A DNA stretch of 64,000 nucleotides from assembly GCA_934636825.1 (NCBI GenBank), contig CAKUBG010000013.1:1234-65233 (forward strand), in the 5' to 3' direction. The notes under the pieces were generated by a model. It was not told the origin of the DNA. It made no database searches and saw nothing but the letters and a program-made list of their open reading frames with translations. Made by a program: the position numbers and the translations under genes. This stretch comes from an uncultured bacterium (GTDB lineage: Bacteria; Vulcanimicrobiota; Xenobia; Xenobiales; Xenobiaceae). Shown piece by piece: positions 27,425 through 35,894 of this stretch (position 1 is the first letter of the stretch; each line of letters begins with the position of its first letter).

Positions 27425-28555
27425 ATGAAAATTTTGGATCGTTACATAATGGCAGAAATGGCAGGTCCGTTTCTATTCGGAGTTTGTGCCTTTACGCTAT
27501 TGTTCTTCTCAGCAGAAACTCTAATGGGTGTAGCTAAGATGATTTTGGAATCACAAGCCGGTATTGGCATGGTGATCAAATATCTCTTCAACCGCCTTCC
27601 TTACGTGCTGATTATGACTTTCCCCATGTCAACTTTGTTGGCCGCGTTAATGGCTTACGGTCGATTGTCCGGGGATAGTGAGATTATCGCCTTGAAAGCT
27701 GGCGGAGTTGGATTCTTCCGTATCTTTTTGCCCGGTTTCTTTTTCTGCTTTTTCATTTCGATGATTTCTTTAGCTGTCAACCAATACTGGGTCCCTCCGG
27801 CAACTAAGCAAGCCTACAATATGGTTCTCAAGTTGCAAGCTCCGGATCAAATCGAAAGAGCTTTGATTACTTCTCCACGCTTGCTTTCCAATGGCGATGA
27901 GCAAATGATTTACGCCCACGTGCTCAATGTTAATGAGCAAACAATGAAAGGCGTATATATGCATTTTTTCCGAAACAATAACCGTTTACGCGAATTATAT
28001 GCTAAAGAGGCTCGCTGGAATGATAAATTAAAAGTTTGGGAAGTTCTGGATATTGAAGCCAGAGATTTTGATCCTATTACCGGTGACGAGCGCTACAGTG
28101 CTAAAGGACGCAAAGGTTGGACGGCTATGAGCAAAGGTGAATCGCCTGCCAGCCCTGAGCAATTAGCTCAGCGCAAGCTTCGCCCTGAAGAAATGACCGC
28201 TCAAGAGCTGTCATCTTATTTAAATTCTTTGCCTCCAATAGAAAAAACTAACCCTGAGGAGTATCGCAAACGCAACAAGTATAAGGTAATGTATCACCAA
28301 AAGATCTCTTTACCTATGAGTTGTCTGGTGTTTGGAGCTTTTGCTATTCCTTTGGGGCTGAGGCCGCAAAGAACCAGCACTTCCATTGGCTTCGGACTTT
28401 CGTTATTCTTTATTTTGTTATATTACGTGTTCATGACTATAGGCATGATGTTGGGAGAAAATGGTGCTGCTGCTCCGTGGCTGGCTGCTTGGTTGCCCAA
28501 TATCGTTTTTGCCATAGTGGGAGTATGTTTTGTAGCTGATGCTTCCAGAAAATAG
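27425..28555 (+). CDS. LptF/LptG (YjgP/YjgQ) family LPS export permease
   Basis: N-terminus MKILDRYIMAEMAGPFLFGVCAFTLLFF. Six TM helices with a periplasmic beta-jellyroll insert. Only one F/G-type gene in the window. Confidence 0.75.
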   Translation: MKILDRYIMAEMAGPFLFGVCAFTLLFFSAETLMGVAKMILESQAGIGMVIKYLFNRLPYVLIMTFPMSTLLAALMAYGRLSGDSEIIALKAGGVGFFRIFLPGFFFCFFISMISLAVNQYWVPPATKQAYNMVLKLQAPDQIERALITSPRLLSNGDEQMIYAHVLNVNEQTMKGVYMHFFRNNNRLRELYAKEARWNDKLKVWEVLDIEARDFDPITGDERYSAKGRKGWTAMSKGESPASPEQLAQRKLRPEEMTAQELSSYLNSLPPIEKTNPEEYRKRNKYKVMYHQKISLPMSCLVFGAFAIPLGLRPQRTSTSIGFGLSLFFILLYYVFMTIGMMLGENGAAAPWLAAWLPNIVFAIVGVCFVADASRK

Positions 28556-28632
28556 GTGGGGACAATATAGTGAGTTTGAGAAATTTACTTGAACCTCTCA
28601 GGCAAACTTGAGAAAGTGGAGCTATATAGAAG

Positions 28633-29631
28633 GTGGACTTTTTATCTTGGCATACCGTAATGAGGGTGGCTTGTGTCTATGCTTTGGTTGCTGCTGTGGC
28701 TGCCGGCATAGCTTATTTAGCCAACCAATTGGGACGCCAAATAGGTAAGCGTAAAATGAGCGTTCTTCATTTGCGCCCACGCCACACTTCTATACTTATA
28801 ACTACCGTAACTGGAGTTGCCATTGCGATTATTACCCTTACAGTTTTTGCCTGCCTTTCGGAACCCGTACGCAATTTATTAGTAGGTTTAGAAAAACTGC
28901 GTGCCGAGGAAACGCAATTGCGTCAGAATATAGATGCTTTGCAACAAGCCCTGGCCGAGGGAACTTTCGTTTGGCGCATTGACGAACCGATAGTACATAT
29001 GACTATCCCTGGTGGTTTGTCATATGAACGAACTCGCGCAGCTGTGACCAGTCTATTGGCCGAAGCCAATGTCCGCACCATAATGCGCAGCAACTCGATC
29101 GCTGCTGAAAAAGGGTATAAACCCACTTCGGTAAGTGATGTTCTTATCGACTACGATCCCGAACAAGTTGAAGAACTAATCACGTCTATCTCCGGAGAAC
29201 AGGGGTTTATCGGTTTAAGAGTGCTGGCAGCTCAAAATTGTCTTTATTCACATCGAGCGCCATTGCGCTTGGAGTCTTGGAAAGTGCGTAAAGTCTTTTC
29301 TGAGGGTGAAGTTGTTTCCAAAAGAGCAATGGATAAACAGCGCTCAGCTTTAGAATTTTTAAAATTCATTGAAGATACGCGTAGAAAAGCTATCGCTAAA
29401 GGTATGCGCCCTATAGACGGTGAGTTGGGAGGCGAACTCAATAGTGCCGATATAGAGCGTTTGCAAGAGGAGATGGACAAAGAAAATGGTAAATTCGAAG
29501 TTGTAGCGGTGGCTAATCGCGATCTTTACGAAACTAGCAGCCTCGATATAAGAGTTGAAGTACATAGCTTAGAACCTTCGGCAACTCCTGAAACCGAATA
29601 TTACAACTATGGGGAGGGGGCCTACTATTGA
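28633..29631 (+). CDS. Membrane-anchored coiled-coil protein (DUF3084-like)
   Basis: Two TM helices flank a basic loop. Coiled-coil segment (LEKLRAEETQLRQNIDALQQALAE). Confidence 0.5.
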   Translation: MDFLSWHTVMRVACVYALVAAVAAGIAYLANQLGRQIGKRKMSVLHLRPRHTSILITTVTGVAIAIITLTVFACLSEPVRNLLVGLEKLRAEETQLRQNIDALQQALAEGTFVWRIDEPIVHMTIPGGLSYERTRAAVTSLLAEANVRTIMRSNSIAAEKGYKPTSVSDVLIDYDPEQVEELITSISGEQGFIGLRVLAAQNCLYSHRAPLRLESWKVRKVFSEGEVVSKRAMDKQRSALEFLKFIEDTRRKAIAKGMRPIDGELGGELNSADIERLQEEMDKENGKFEVVAVANRDLYETSSLDIRVEVHSLEPSATPETEYYNYGEGAYY

Positions 29632-30026
29632 TAGTTCTGTCGATAGATCCTGGCAGTAAGAAATGTGGAGTGGCAGTGGTCTCTGCATGTAAAGGAGTTC
29701 TGGAACACAGAGTATTGGCGGTGGCTTCGCTGGGAAAATTATGTGTAGAACTTAGTCATCTTTATGATTTCGGCCAGGTTATTGTGGGTGGAAGTACCGG
29801 ATCTGCGCAAGTTGTGCGTATTGTACAGGCCGCTTTAGAGTGTGAAGTTAAGGTTGTTGACGAAACTCATTCTACTGAGAGAGCTAGGCTGCGTTACTTT
29901 AAAGATCACCCCCCTACCGGATTGAAGCGTTTTTTACCTTTAAGTTTGCTCTTCCCGCCTGAACTTTATGATGATTATGCAGCCATAGTTTTGGCAGAGG
30001 ATTTTCTTACTTCTCAGATTGATTAG
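29628..30026 (+). CDS. Small RNase H-fold, RuvC/YqgF-like nuclease-family protein
   Basis: N-terminus MIVLSIDPGSKKCGVAVV matches the RuvC-type start (M-x-I-L-G-I-D-P-G-S...G). 132 aa. 4-nt overlap with the upstream gene. Confidence 0.5.
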   Translation: MIVLSIDPGSKKCGVAVVSACKGVLEHRVLAVASLGKLCVELSHLYDFGQVIVGGSTGSAQVVRIVQAALECEVKVVDETHSTERARLRYFKDHPPTGLKRFLPLSLLFPPELYDDYAAIVLAEDFLTSQID

Positions 30027-30074
30027 CTGATTACAAAGAAAGCCGAATGTACGCTCGCTTACGGGCGAAGCTAT

Positions 30075-32147
30075 TTGAAGCTACAGAGGTGCAAGGTGCA
30101 TTTAGAACAAGAAAATACAATATGCAAATTCCCCTTTGAGTACAAACTCAGTAGGGGAACGTTCACTTTTTGTTTGATCCTTGCTTTGGCAGGGATCGCA
30201 CAAGCGCAGCCTGCCAAAGAGCTGCCCGCTGCGGAAATGTTTGAACCGGCAGCTTCTTATTGCTTGTCTGAAAGCAACTTGCCGAACTTGCTTTCTGCTA
30301 AAAACGAGCCGGAAATTCAGCTTAGTACAAATAAAAAAAATTCTGCTCCTGCTGCCGGAACTCCGGAATATAATTATCAATTAGCACAAAAATACTACAG
30401 TGAAAAGGTTTTCCCTAAGGCTATTAAGTTTTTTACTCAAGCCGCCGAAGATGGACACGTAGGAGCACAGAGCTTCTTGGGACGCTGCTATTATAAAGGC
30501 GAAGGCGTTGAGCTCGACTATGCCAAAGCCGCTGAGTGGCTGACGAGAGCTAGTGAGCAAGACGACCACTTAGCTCAATACTATCTCGGGCTTTGCTATG
30601 AAAATGGTCGCGGTGTGGAACAAAATTTTGCTACTGCTGCCAGCTATTATGAAAGCGCTGCTTTCGGCGGAGTTCCTGAAGCTCAAAATAATTTAGGTCG
30701 TTACTACTATTTTGGTCGCGGCGTGGAACGTGATTATCAGCAAGCTGCTGCTTGGTTTTTGCGAGCTGCCAACCAGAAATTACCCAATGCTATGTATAAC
30801 TTAGGCGTTTGCTATGATTTGGGCCAAGGAGTGGAGAAAGATCAGCAAAAAGCCATAGATCTCTATTTTAGGGCAGCTAATGCCGGAGAAGCGAGTGCTC
30901 AATGCAATTTGGGCATGTGCTATAGCGCTGGCTCCGGAGTCGAAAAAGATTTAAATAAAGCCTTCTCTTGGTATCAGAGGGCTGCTATTGGTGGCAATGC
31001 CAAAGCTCAAAACAATTTAGGTGTTTGTTACAAAAACGGTGAGGGTGTTCAGCGCAATCCGCGTGAGGCTGCGCGTTTATTTGTGGCTGCGGCCGATCAG
31101 GGGCTGGCCGGAGCTCAATATAATGCTGGTTGGTCTTATTTAAATGCTTTCGGTGTTGGCCGCGACTACCGCAAAGCTTTCGAATATTTCTCTAAAGCAG
31201 CCGCTCAAAATTATCCTAAAGCACAATTGCAATTGGCTTCACTATACCAGCAAGGCAAAGGTACAGAGCAAAATTATGAAGAGGCGGCTCGCTGGTATGG
31301 CGTGGCTGCCGAACATGGCATTCCGGTGGCTAAATATTGCTTGGGACGTTGTTATGCTTCAGGCCAAGGAGTTGAGCAAGACATGGGGCGTGCTGTCGAG
31401 CTTTATACGGAAGCTGCCGATCAAGGAGACGGTGAAGCTCAGTATGAGCTGGCTATGTGCTATAGAAATGGTGTGATCGTTTCCCAAGATTACGCAAAGT
31501 CTGCTCAACTTTTACGCAAGGCGTCCGATCAGGATATAACTGAAGCTCAAGCCTATCTTGGGGCAGCTTATCTTTTGGGAGAAGGTGTGAAAGCGGATCC
31601 TAAAGTAGCTTTTAAACTCTTTAATAGAGCCGCCGATAAGGGCAGCATCTTAGCCGATTACGCTTTGGGATGTATGTATTATGAGGGCGTAGGTACACAT
31701 AAAAATTTCAGCAAGTGCATTACTCATTGGAATAATGTGGCTCGCAGCGGCTATGCTATTGCCCAAAACAATTTGGGATATTGCTACTATTATGGTCGCG
31801 CCAATGAACAAAATAATCAAAAGGCTTTAAAGTGGTGGCGTCGCGCTGCCGGTCAAGGTTATGGCAATGCTGAAAATGCTCTTGGTGTAGCCTATTTCAC
31901 CGGTTTAGTTGTCAATAAAAATTATGAAGTTGCTGGAGAATGGTTTAAGAAAGCCGCTGAACACGGAGACGTAGAGGGCAAGGATAATGTCTCTTTGCTT
32001 GAAGGTGTAGACTCTGAACAATTGCCAGGTCTGACTGATCGTTTGGCGTTTGGCTTTAATTACTTGTCGCTTAAAGAACTTGAAGAATTTATTAAAGTTT
32101 ATGAGTCTCAAGAAAACACAAACGCTATTACTGACGAGGAAGAGTAG
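30075..32147 (+). CDS. Sel1-repeat (TPR-like) protein, ~16 repeats, with signal peptide
   Basis: Recurring 36-aa units of the form AQ-NLG-CY--G-GV--D---A--W---AA. Confidence 0.75.
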   Translation: MKLQRCKVHLEQENTICKFPFEYKLSRGTFTFCLILALAGIAQAQPAKELPAAEMFEPAASYCLSESNLPNLLSAKNEPEIQLSTNKKNSAPAAGTPEYNYQLAQKYYSEKVFPKAIKFFTQAAEDGHVGAQSFLGRCYYKGEGVELDYAKAAEWLTRASEQDDHLAQYYLGLCYENGRGVEQNFATAASYYESAAFGGVPEAQNNLGRYYYFGRGVERDYQQAAAWFLRAANQKLPNAMYNLGVCYDLGQGVEKDQQKAIDLYFRAANAGEASAQCNLGMCYSAGSGVEKDLNKAFSWYQRAAIGGNAKAQNNLGVCYKNGEGVQRNPREAARLFVAAADQGLAGAQYNAGWSYLNAFGVGRDYRKAFEYFSKAAAQNYPKAQLQLASLYQQGKGTEQNYEEAARWYGVAAEHGIPVAKYCLGRCYASGQGVEQDMGRAVELYTEAADQGDGEAQYELAMCYRNGVIVSQDYAKSAQLLRKASDQDITEAQAYLGAAYLLGEGVKADPKVAFKLFNRAADKGSILADYALGCMYYEGVGTHKNFSKCITHWNNVARSGYAIAQNNLGYCYYYGRANEQNNQKALKWWRRAAGQGYGNAENALGVAYFTGLVVNKNYEVAGEWFKKAAEHGDVEGKDNVSLLEGVDSEQLPGLTDRLAFGFNYLSLKELEEFIKVYESQENTNAITDEEE

Positions 32148-32150
32148 ACT

Positions 32151-32729
32151 ATGGTAGATAGTGCCGCTAAGGAGCTGACCGAATTTGCCAAAATGCGTTC
32201 CGGTTTGCTGTATAATCCAACCGATGAGAAATTGTTGCAAAAACGCCGCCGAGCTCTGAATTTAGCGGAAAAATTCAATGCCTGCATTCCCTCTGACAGT
32301 CAAAAAGCGGCTGAAATTGCCCGAGAGTTGTTTGGCTTTATCGGAGAGAATACGGCTATAATGGCGCGTTTTTCTTGTGATTATGGGGAAAATATCAGCA
32401 TAGGAAGCAATTGCTATATCAATTACAATTGCGTGATACTCGATTGTGCCAATGTGACTATAGGTGACAATGTGTTAATTGGGCCTAATTGTGGAATTTA
32501 TACGGCAATTCACCCTTTGGAAAGTGAAGTTAGGTTGCTGGGATTAGAAACAGCTAAGCCTGTTACCATAAAGAATGGGGTCTGGCTAGGAGGAAATGTT
32601 ACTATCCTTCCTGGGGTAACTATTGGTGAAAAATCCGTAATTGGTGCCGGAAGCGTAGTCACTAAAGATGTTCCCGATCATGTTTTAGCCTATGGAAATC
32701 CTTGCAAAGTTGTTAAGTCCTTGTCGTAG
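32151..32729 (+). CDS. Maltose/galactoside O-acetyltransferase-like hexapeptide acyltransferase
   Basis: Maa/LacA-like N-terminus (LLYNPTDEKLLQKRRRALNL). Hexapeptide repeats ending GNPCKVV. Confidence 0.75.
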   Translation: MVDSAAKELTEFAKMRSGLLYNPTDEKLLQKRRRALNLAEKFNACIPSDSQKAAEIARELFGFIGENTAIMARFSCDYGENISIGSNCYINYNCVILDCANVTIGDNVLIGPNCGIYTAIHPLESEVRLLGLETAKPVTIKNGVWLGGNVTILPGVTIGEKSVIGAGSVVTKDVPDHVLAYGNPCKVVKSLS

Positions 32730-32760
32730 TTGACTGTTAAAGAAAAATAACTATTATGTG

Positions 32761-32800
32761 CAAGCTGCAGTTTTTAGCTGCAGCTTGATTTCATTTATAT
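32761..32800 (+). terminator. Hairpin terminator candidate (perfect 10-bp palindrome)
   Basis: CAAGCTGCAG-TTTTTA-GCTGCAGCTTG followed by ATTTCATTT. Confidence 0.4.
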
Positions 32801-32818
32801 AGAAAGTACAAATATTAT

Positions 32819-33532
32819 ATGTTGATAGGCTCTATTACCAATGCTGCCTCTGTGATTGTAGGCTCTGCTTTGGGACTGTTATTTAAAAAGGGTATCCCTC
32901 GCCATTTTAACAAAACGGTTATGGGAGGCTTAGCTCTGTGCCTTTTATTTATAGGCGTAAGCGGTTTGAATACCAGTAAGCAGCCCTTAGTGGTTATTAT
33001 GTCTATGGTATTTGGAGCCTTTGTCGGTGAAGCTCTCCACTTAAATACGCGCTTGGAGCGTTTTGGAACCGTGATCGGTCGAAAATTCGCTGGCAATGCT
33101 TCTGGTGAGGGTCATTCGTTTGCTCAGGGGTTTGCCTATGCTTCGATTTTTTATTGCATAGGTTCAATGGCTGTAATGGGCGCTTTGCAAGACGGATTGC
33201 GCGGCGATCACACAATTCTGTTCGCCAAATCAGCTATTGACGTAACATCTTCTATATTTTTTGCTTCCACAATGGGGCCTGGTGTGGCTCTGTCGGCTGT
33301 GCCTATCTTTTTGGTAGAAGGTGGTATCGCAGCCAGCGCTGGTTTTATGGCTCCGTTTTTGACAGAAGCTTCCATAGGAGAACTTAATTGCGTTGGCTCT
33401 GTTATTGTTATGGGCATTGGTCTCAATATGCTGGATGTTACCAAATTGAAATTAGCCAACTACATTCCTGCTATGTTTTTCCCCTTTATTTTGTGCCCTT
33501 TATTCGATTTTATCGCTAAATTGTTAAATTAA
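32819..33532 (+). CDS. DUF554-like polytopic membrane protein
   Basis: Glycine-rich TM helices. N-terminus MLIGSITNAASVIVGSALGLLFKKGIP. Confidence 0.6.
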   Translation: MLIGSITNAASVIVGSALGLLFKKGIPRHFNKTVMGGLALCLLFIGVSGLNTSKQPLVVIMSMVFGAFVGEALHLNTRLERFGTVIGRKFAGNASGEGHSFAQGFAYASIFYCIGSMAVMGALQDGLRGDHTILFAKSAIDVTSSIFFASTMGPGVALSAVPIFLVEGGIAASAGFMAPFLTEASIGELNCVGSVIVMGIGLNMLDVTKLKLANYIPAMFFPFILCPLFDFIAKLLN

Positions 33533-33590
33533 AACTGAAAGAGGGAAGGACTTAAAATCCTTTTTTTTGTAAAGTTTTTCCTGCTTTCTG

Positions 33591-33619
33591 TTGACTTCTT
33601 ATCTCTTTGTGGTGATAAT
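33591..33619 (+). promoter_or_regulatory. Sigma70-type promoter (-35 TTGACT, 17-nt spacer, -10 GATAAT)
   Basis: TTGACT-tcttatctctttgtggt-GATAAT. The -10 element overlaps the ORF-track TTG start at 33619, which argues for a downstream start codon. Confidence 0.5.
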
Positions 33620-33756
33620 TGAGCCAAGGAATTAGAGGAGTCGGCAAATCCCAGAAAGTGGGATCTATACCAGACTCAGAGGTGCTTGGCGTCGTCCCGG
33701 AGATCGATTTTATAGGGGGCGGGGCTCGCTTAAAACTTCAGATTGTTGAGGGTCAG

Positions 33757-34953
33757 ATGATTTCACAGCAAGTTAATAACAGTGTCAACATCCAGTCTGT
33801 ACAAAGTGCGCAAATCTCCGGAGGAGCAAATGTAAGCGCAACCAAGGCTTTATCAGGTGTTACCAAAGGGCTTATCGGTTCAGTATCCGCTTCTTCCGTG
33901 TCCGGCTCCGGCGCCGGTGTAGAGGCTACAAGCAGTGTTTCTAACTTGTTGGGCTCTTCTTCTACTTCTCAAAGCGAAGGTACTTTCGCTACTCCAGCTC
34001 AAATGCAGCAGCAGCTTCAAGAACGCAATGAGACTGCCTTTAGTTTGAAAGATCCTCAGGGAGCAGCCAACTACTCTATAGAGCTTAAAGGTGACAATTA
34101 CGAGTCCATTAGCGATTATGCTTCTGCTTGGACTAAAAAAGCTGCCAATGCTGCTTTGGCCGGTACTTCTGTCACAGCCAATGGTCAGGATCCCACGGCT
34201 GTGCGTAGCATGACCGACTTTGTCATGACCCCTGAAGCCGCCACCCAATATTACAAAGACGTAATTGGCATCAAGACTTATGGCTCTACTCCCAGCCAAA
34301 ACGTACAGACTTGTGCTCCGAGTTGCTTCCAAGACGGCTCTCTCTTAGCCAGCATGGATAAATGGAATGCTCAAATTCGTACCAATTTAGCTTCCAAAAA
34401 TACTTTGCCTTCCAGTTTAACTGGTAGCAAAGATTCTGCCAGTGGTCTCACCTCTTACTTCCAGAATACCACTCCTTCTGTAAGCGATCATAAGAATGCT
34501 TTCAACGATTATAGCTATTCTTCTATGCTGTCTTCTTTGAATTCTAAAGACAATTTCTCCGTATTTACCGACAATTCAATCGCTTATGAGGGCTTAACTT
34601 CTCTTTATCAAAACGGTACTATTTCTGATGGAACCAAGCTCAGTGACAATTCTGCTGTCGTTCCCGAGTTTGACTATTCCGAGTATATGCAACAAGTCCA
34701 AGATATGTATGGTCAGGGATACGATTCCATGATTTCCGATTACATGTCCGCTTGTGGTTTGAATGACACCCCCAGCATTAGTCCTGACGTGATGTCTGTG
34801 CAGAATTTGCAATCTACTGCTATGTCTACCAACGAGTTGGTAGTAAAGTACAACTCTGAAATGACTGATGGTATTCTCTCTCTCTCCGAGTTGAAAGCTA
34901 TGTATGAGAAAGCTTTATCTGCCAATGGTATCAGCGCTGCCCTTTTAGCCTAA
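33757..34953 (+). CDS. Ser/Thr/Gln-rich low-complexity protein with no signal peptide or TM segment; start revised
   Basis: The ATG at 33757 is preceded by GAGGGTCAG and lies downstream of the promoter above. Composition is strongly S/T/N/Q-biased. No known motifs. Confidence 0.45.
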   Translation: MISQQVNNSVNIQSVQSAQISGGANVSATKALSGVTKGLIGSVSASSVSGSGAGVEATSSVSNLLGSSSTSQSEGTFATPAQMQQQLQERNETAFSLKDPQGAANYSIELKGDNYESISDYASAWTKKAANAALAGTSVTANGQDPTAVRSMTDFVMTPEAATQYYKDVIGIKTYGSTPSQNVQTCAPSCFQDGSLLASMDKWNAQIRTNLASKNTLPSSLTGSKDSASGLTSYFQNTTPSVSDHKNAFNDYSYSSMLSSLNSKDNFSVFTDNSIAYEGLTSLYQNGTISDGTKLSDNSAVVPEFDYSEYMQQVQDMYGQGYDSMISDYMSACGLNDTPSISPDVMSVQNLQSTAMSTNELVVKYNSEMTDGILSLSELKAMYEKALSANGISAALLA

Positions 34954-34988
34954 GTAAGCGCCTAGCCCAGTTAAAAATATTAGCCAGT

Positions 34989-35043
34989 AACCGGCCTCGC
35001 TTTCTTCTAATAATTAGAGGAGCGAGGCCGGTTCTTTTTATTT
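34989..35043. terminator. Bidirectional Rho-independent terminator between convergent genes
   Basis: Perfect 11-bp stem ACCGGCCTCGC...GCGAGGCCGGT followed by TCTTTTTATTTG. Confidence 0.7.
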
Positions 35044-35047
35044 GTTG

Positions 35048-35731
35048 TCAATTGTTTGTTGTTTGGTTGGGCTCAAATTTAAGGCAACACATCAGTCGTC
35101 CACAAGCACCTGACACTTTGCCTGGATTGAGAGGCATCTTTTGATTTTTGGCCATTTTTATAGATACTGAAGAAAAATCACGCAGCCACGCAGAACAGCA
35201 TAAGTTGCGTCCGCAAACGCCTCGCCCTCCCATTAAAATAGCTCTGTCGCGTGGTCCTATCTGGCGCAATTCTATGCGCATTTTAAATTTTGAAGCCAAA
35301 TCGTGAACCAAAGCTCTGAAGTCAACTCTTTGCTCAGCATAAAACTCTATAACAATTCTGCTGCCATCTAAAGTTATGGAAGCTGAGAGCACTTGCATGG
35401 ACAGTTTGTGAAATTCTACACGTTCTTTAACTACTTTTAGAGCTTGATTTCCTTGTAGTTCTCGCTCTTTGGCCAAAATGATATCTTCTTTGGAAGCTTG
35501 GCCAACTATTATGCTGGGCATGCTTGGATTGGCAGCGGAGACCAGAGCGGCTGTGCAATTAGGTGAAGCGCTACTCAGCACTGGAGGAGAGTCGGTAATT
35601 ATGCCCAGTTCTCTTCCTCTCGCTCCTTCGACGATTACTTTTTGGCCAGGACTATATTCAGCTCCGTTGATAGCTTCGAAAAAAATTGGGGCTTTAGCAG
35701 CCGACACGCTGACTTCATAATATTTTTTCAT
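35048..35731 (-). CDS. PSP1-domain protein (RicT/YaaT family)
   Basis: PSP1 C-terminal conserved region with paired Cys motifs (GRGVCGRNLCCSAWL, GACGRLMCCLKFE). Confidence 0.7.
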   Translation of the reverse strand: MKKYYEVSVSAAKAPIFFEAINGAEYSPGQKVIVEGARGRELGIITDSPPVLSSASPNCTAALVSAANPSMPSIIVGQASKEDIILAKERELQGNQALKVVKERVEFHKLSMQVLSASITLDGSRIVIEFYAEQRVDFRALVHDLASKFKMRIELRQIGPRDRAILMGGRGVCGRNLCCSAWLRDFSSVSIKMAKNQKMPLNPGKVSGACGRLMCCLKFEPNQTTNN

Positions 35732-35894
35732 AGATAAAATCCTTTTTGCTCGCTCGGCTTCGCCGTATGCAAATTAACTCCCCGTATTTTTTTGCGAGTA
35801 GCATTGACTCCACATTCCAAATAGTGAAGCAAGGGGCTTTGCGTCGGTGTGTGGTAAAATATGGCCGCTATAATATTTCAAGGAGGCTTGTCCT

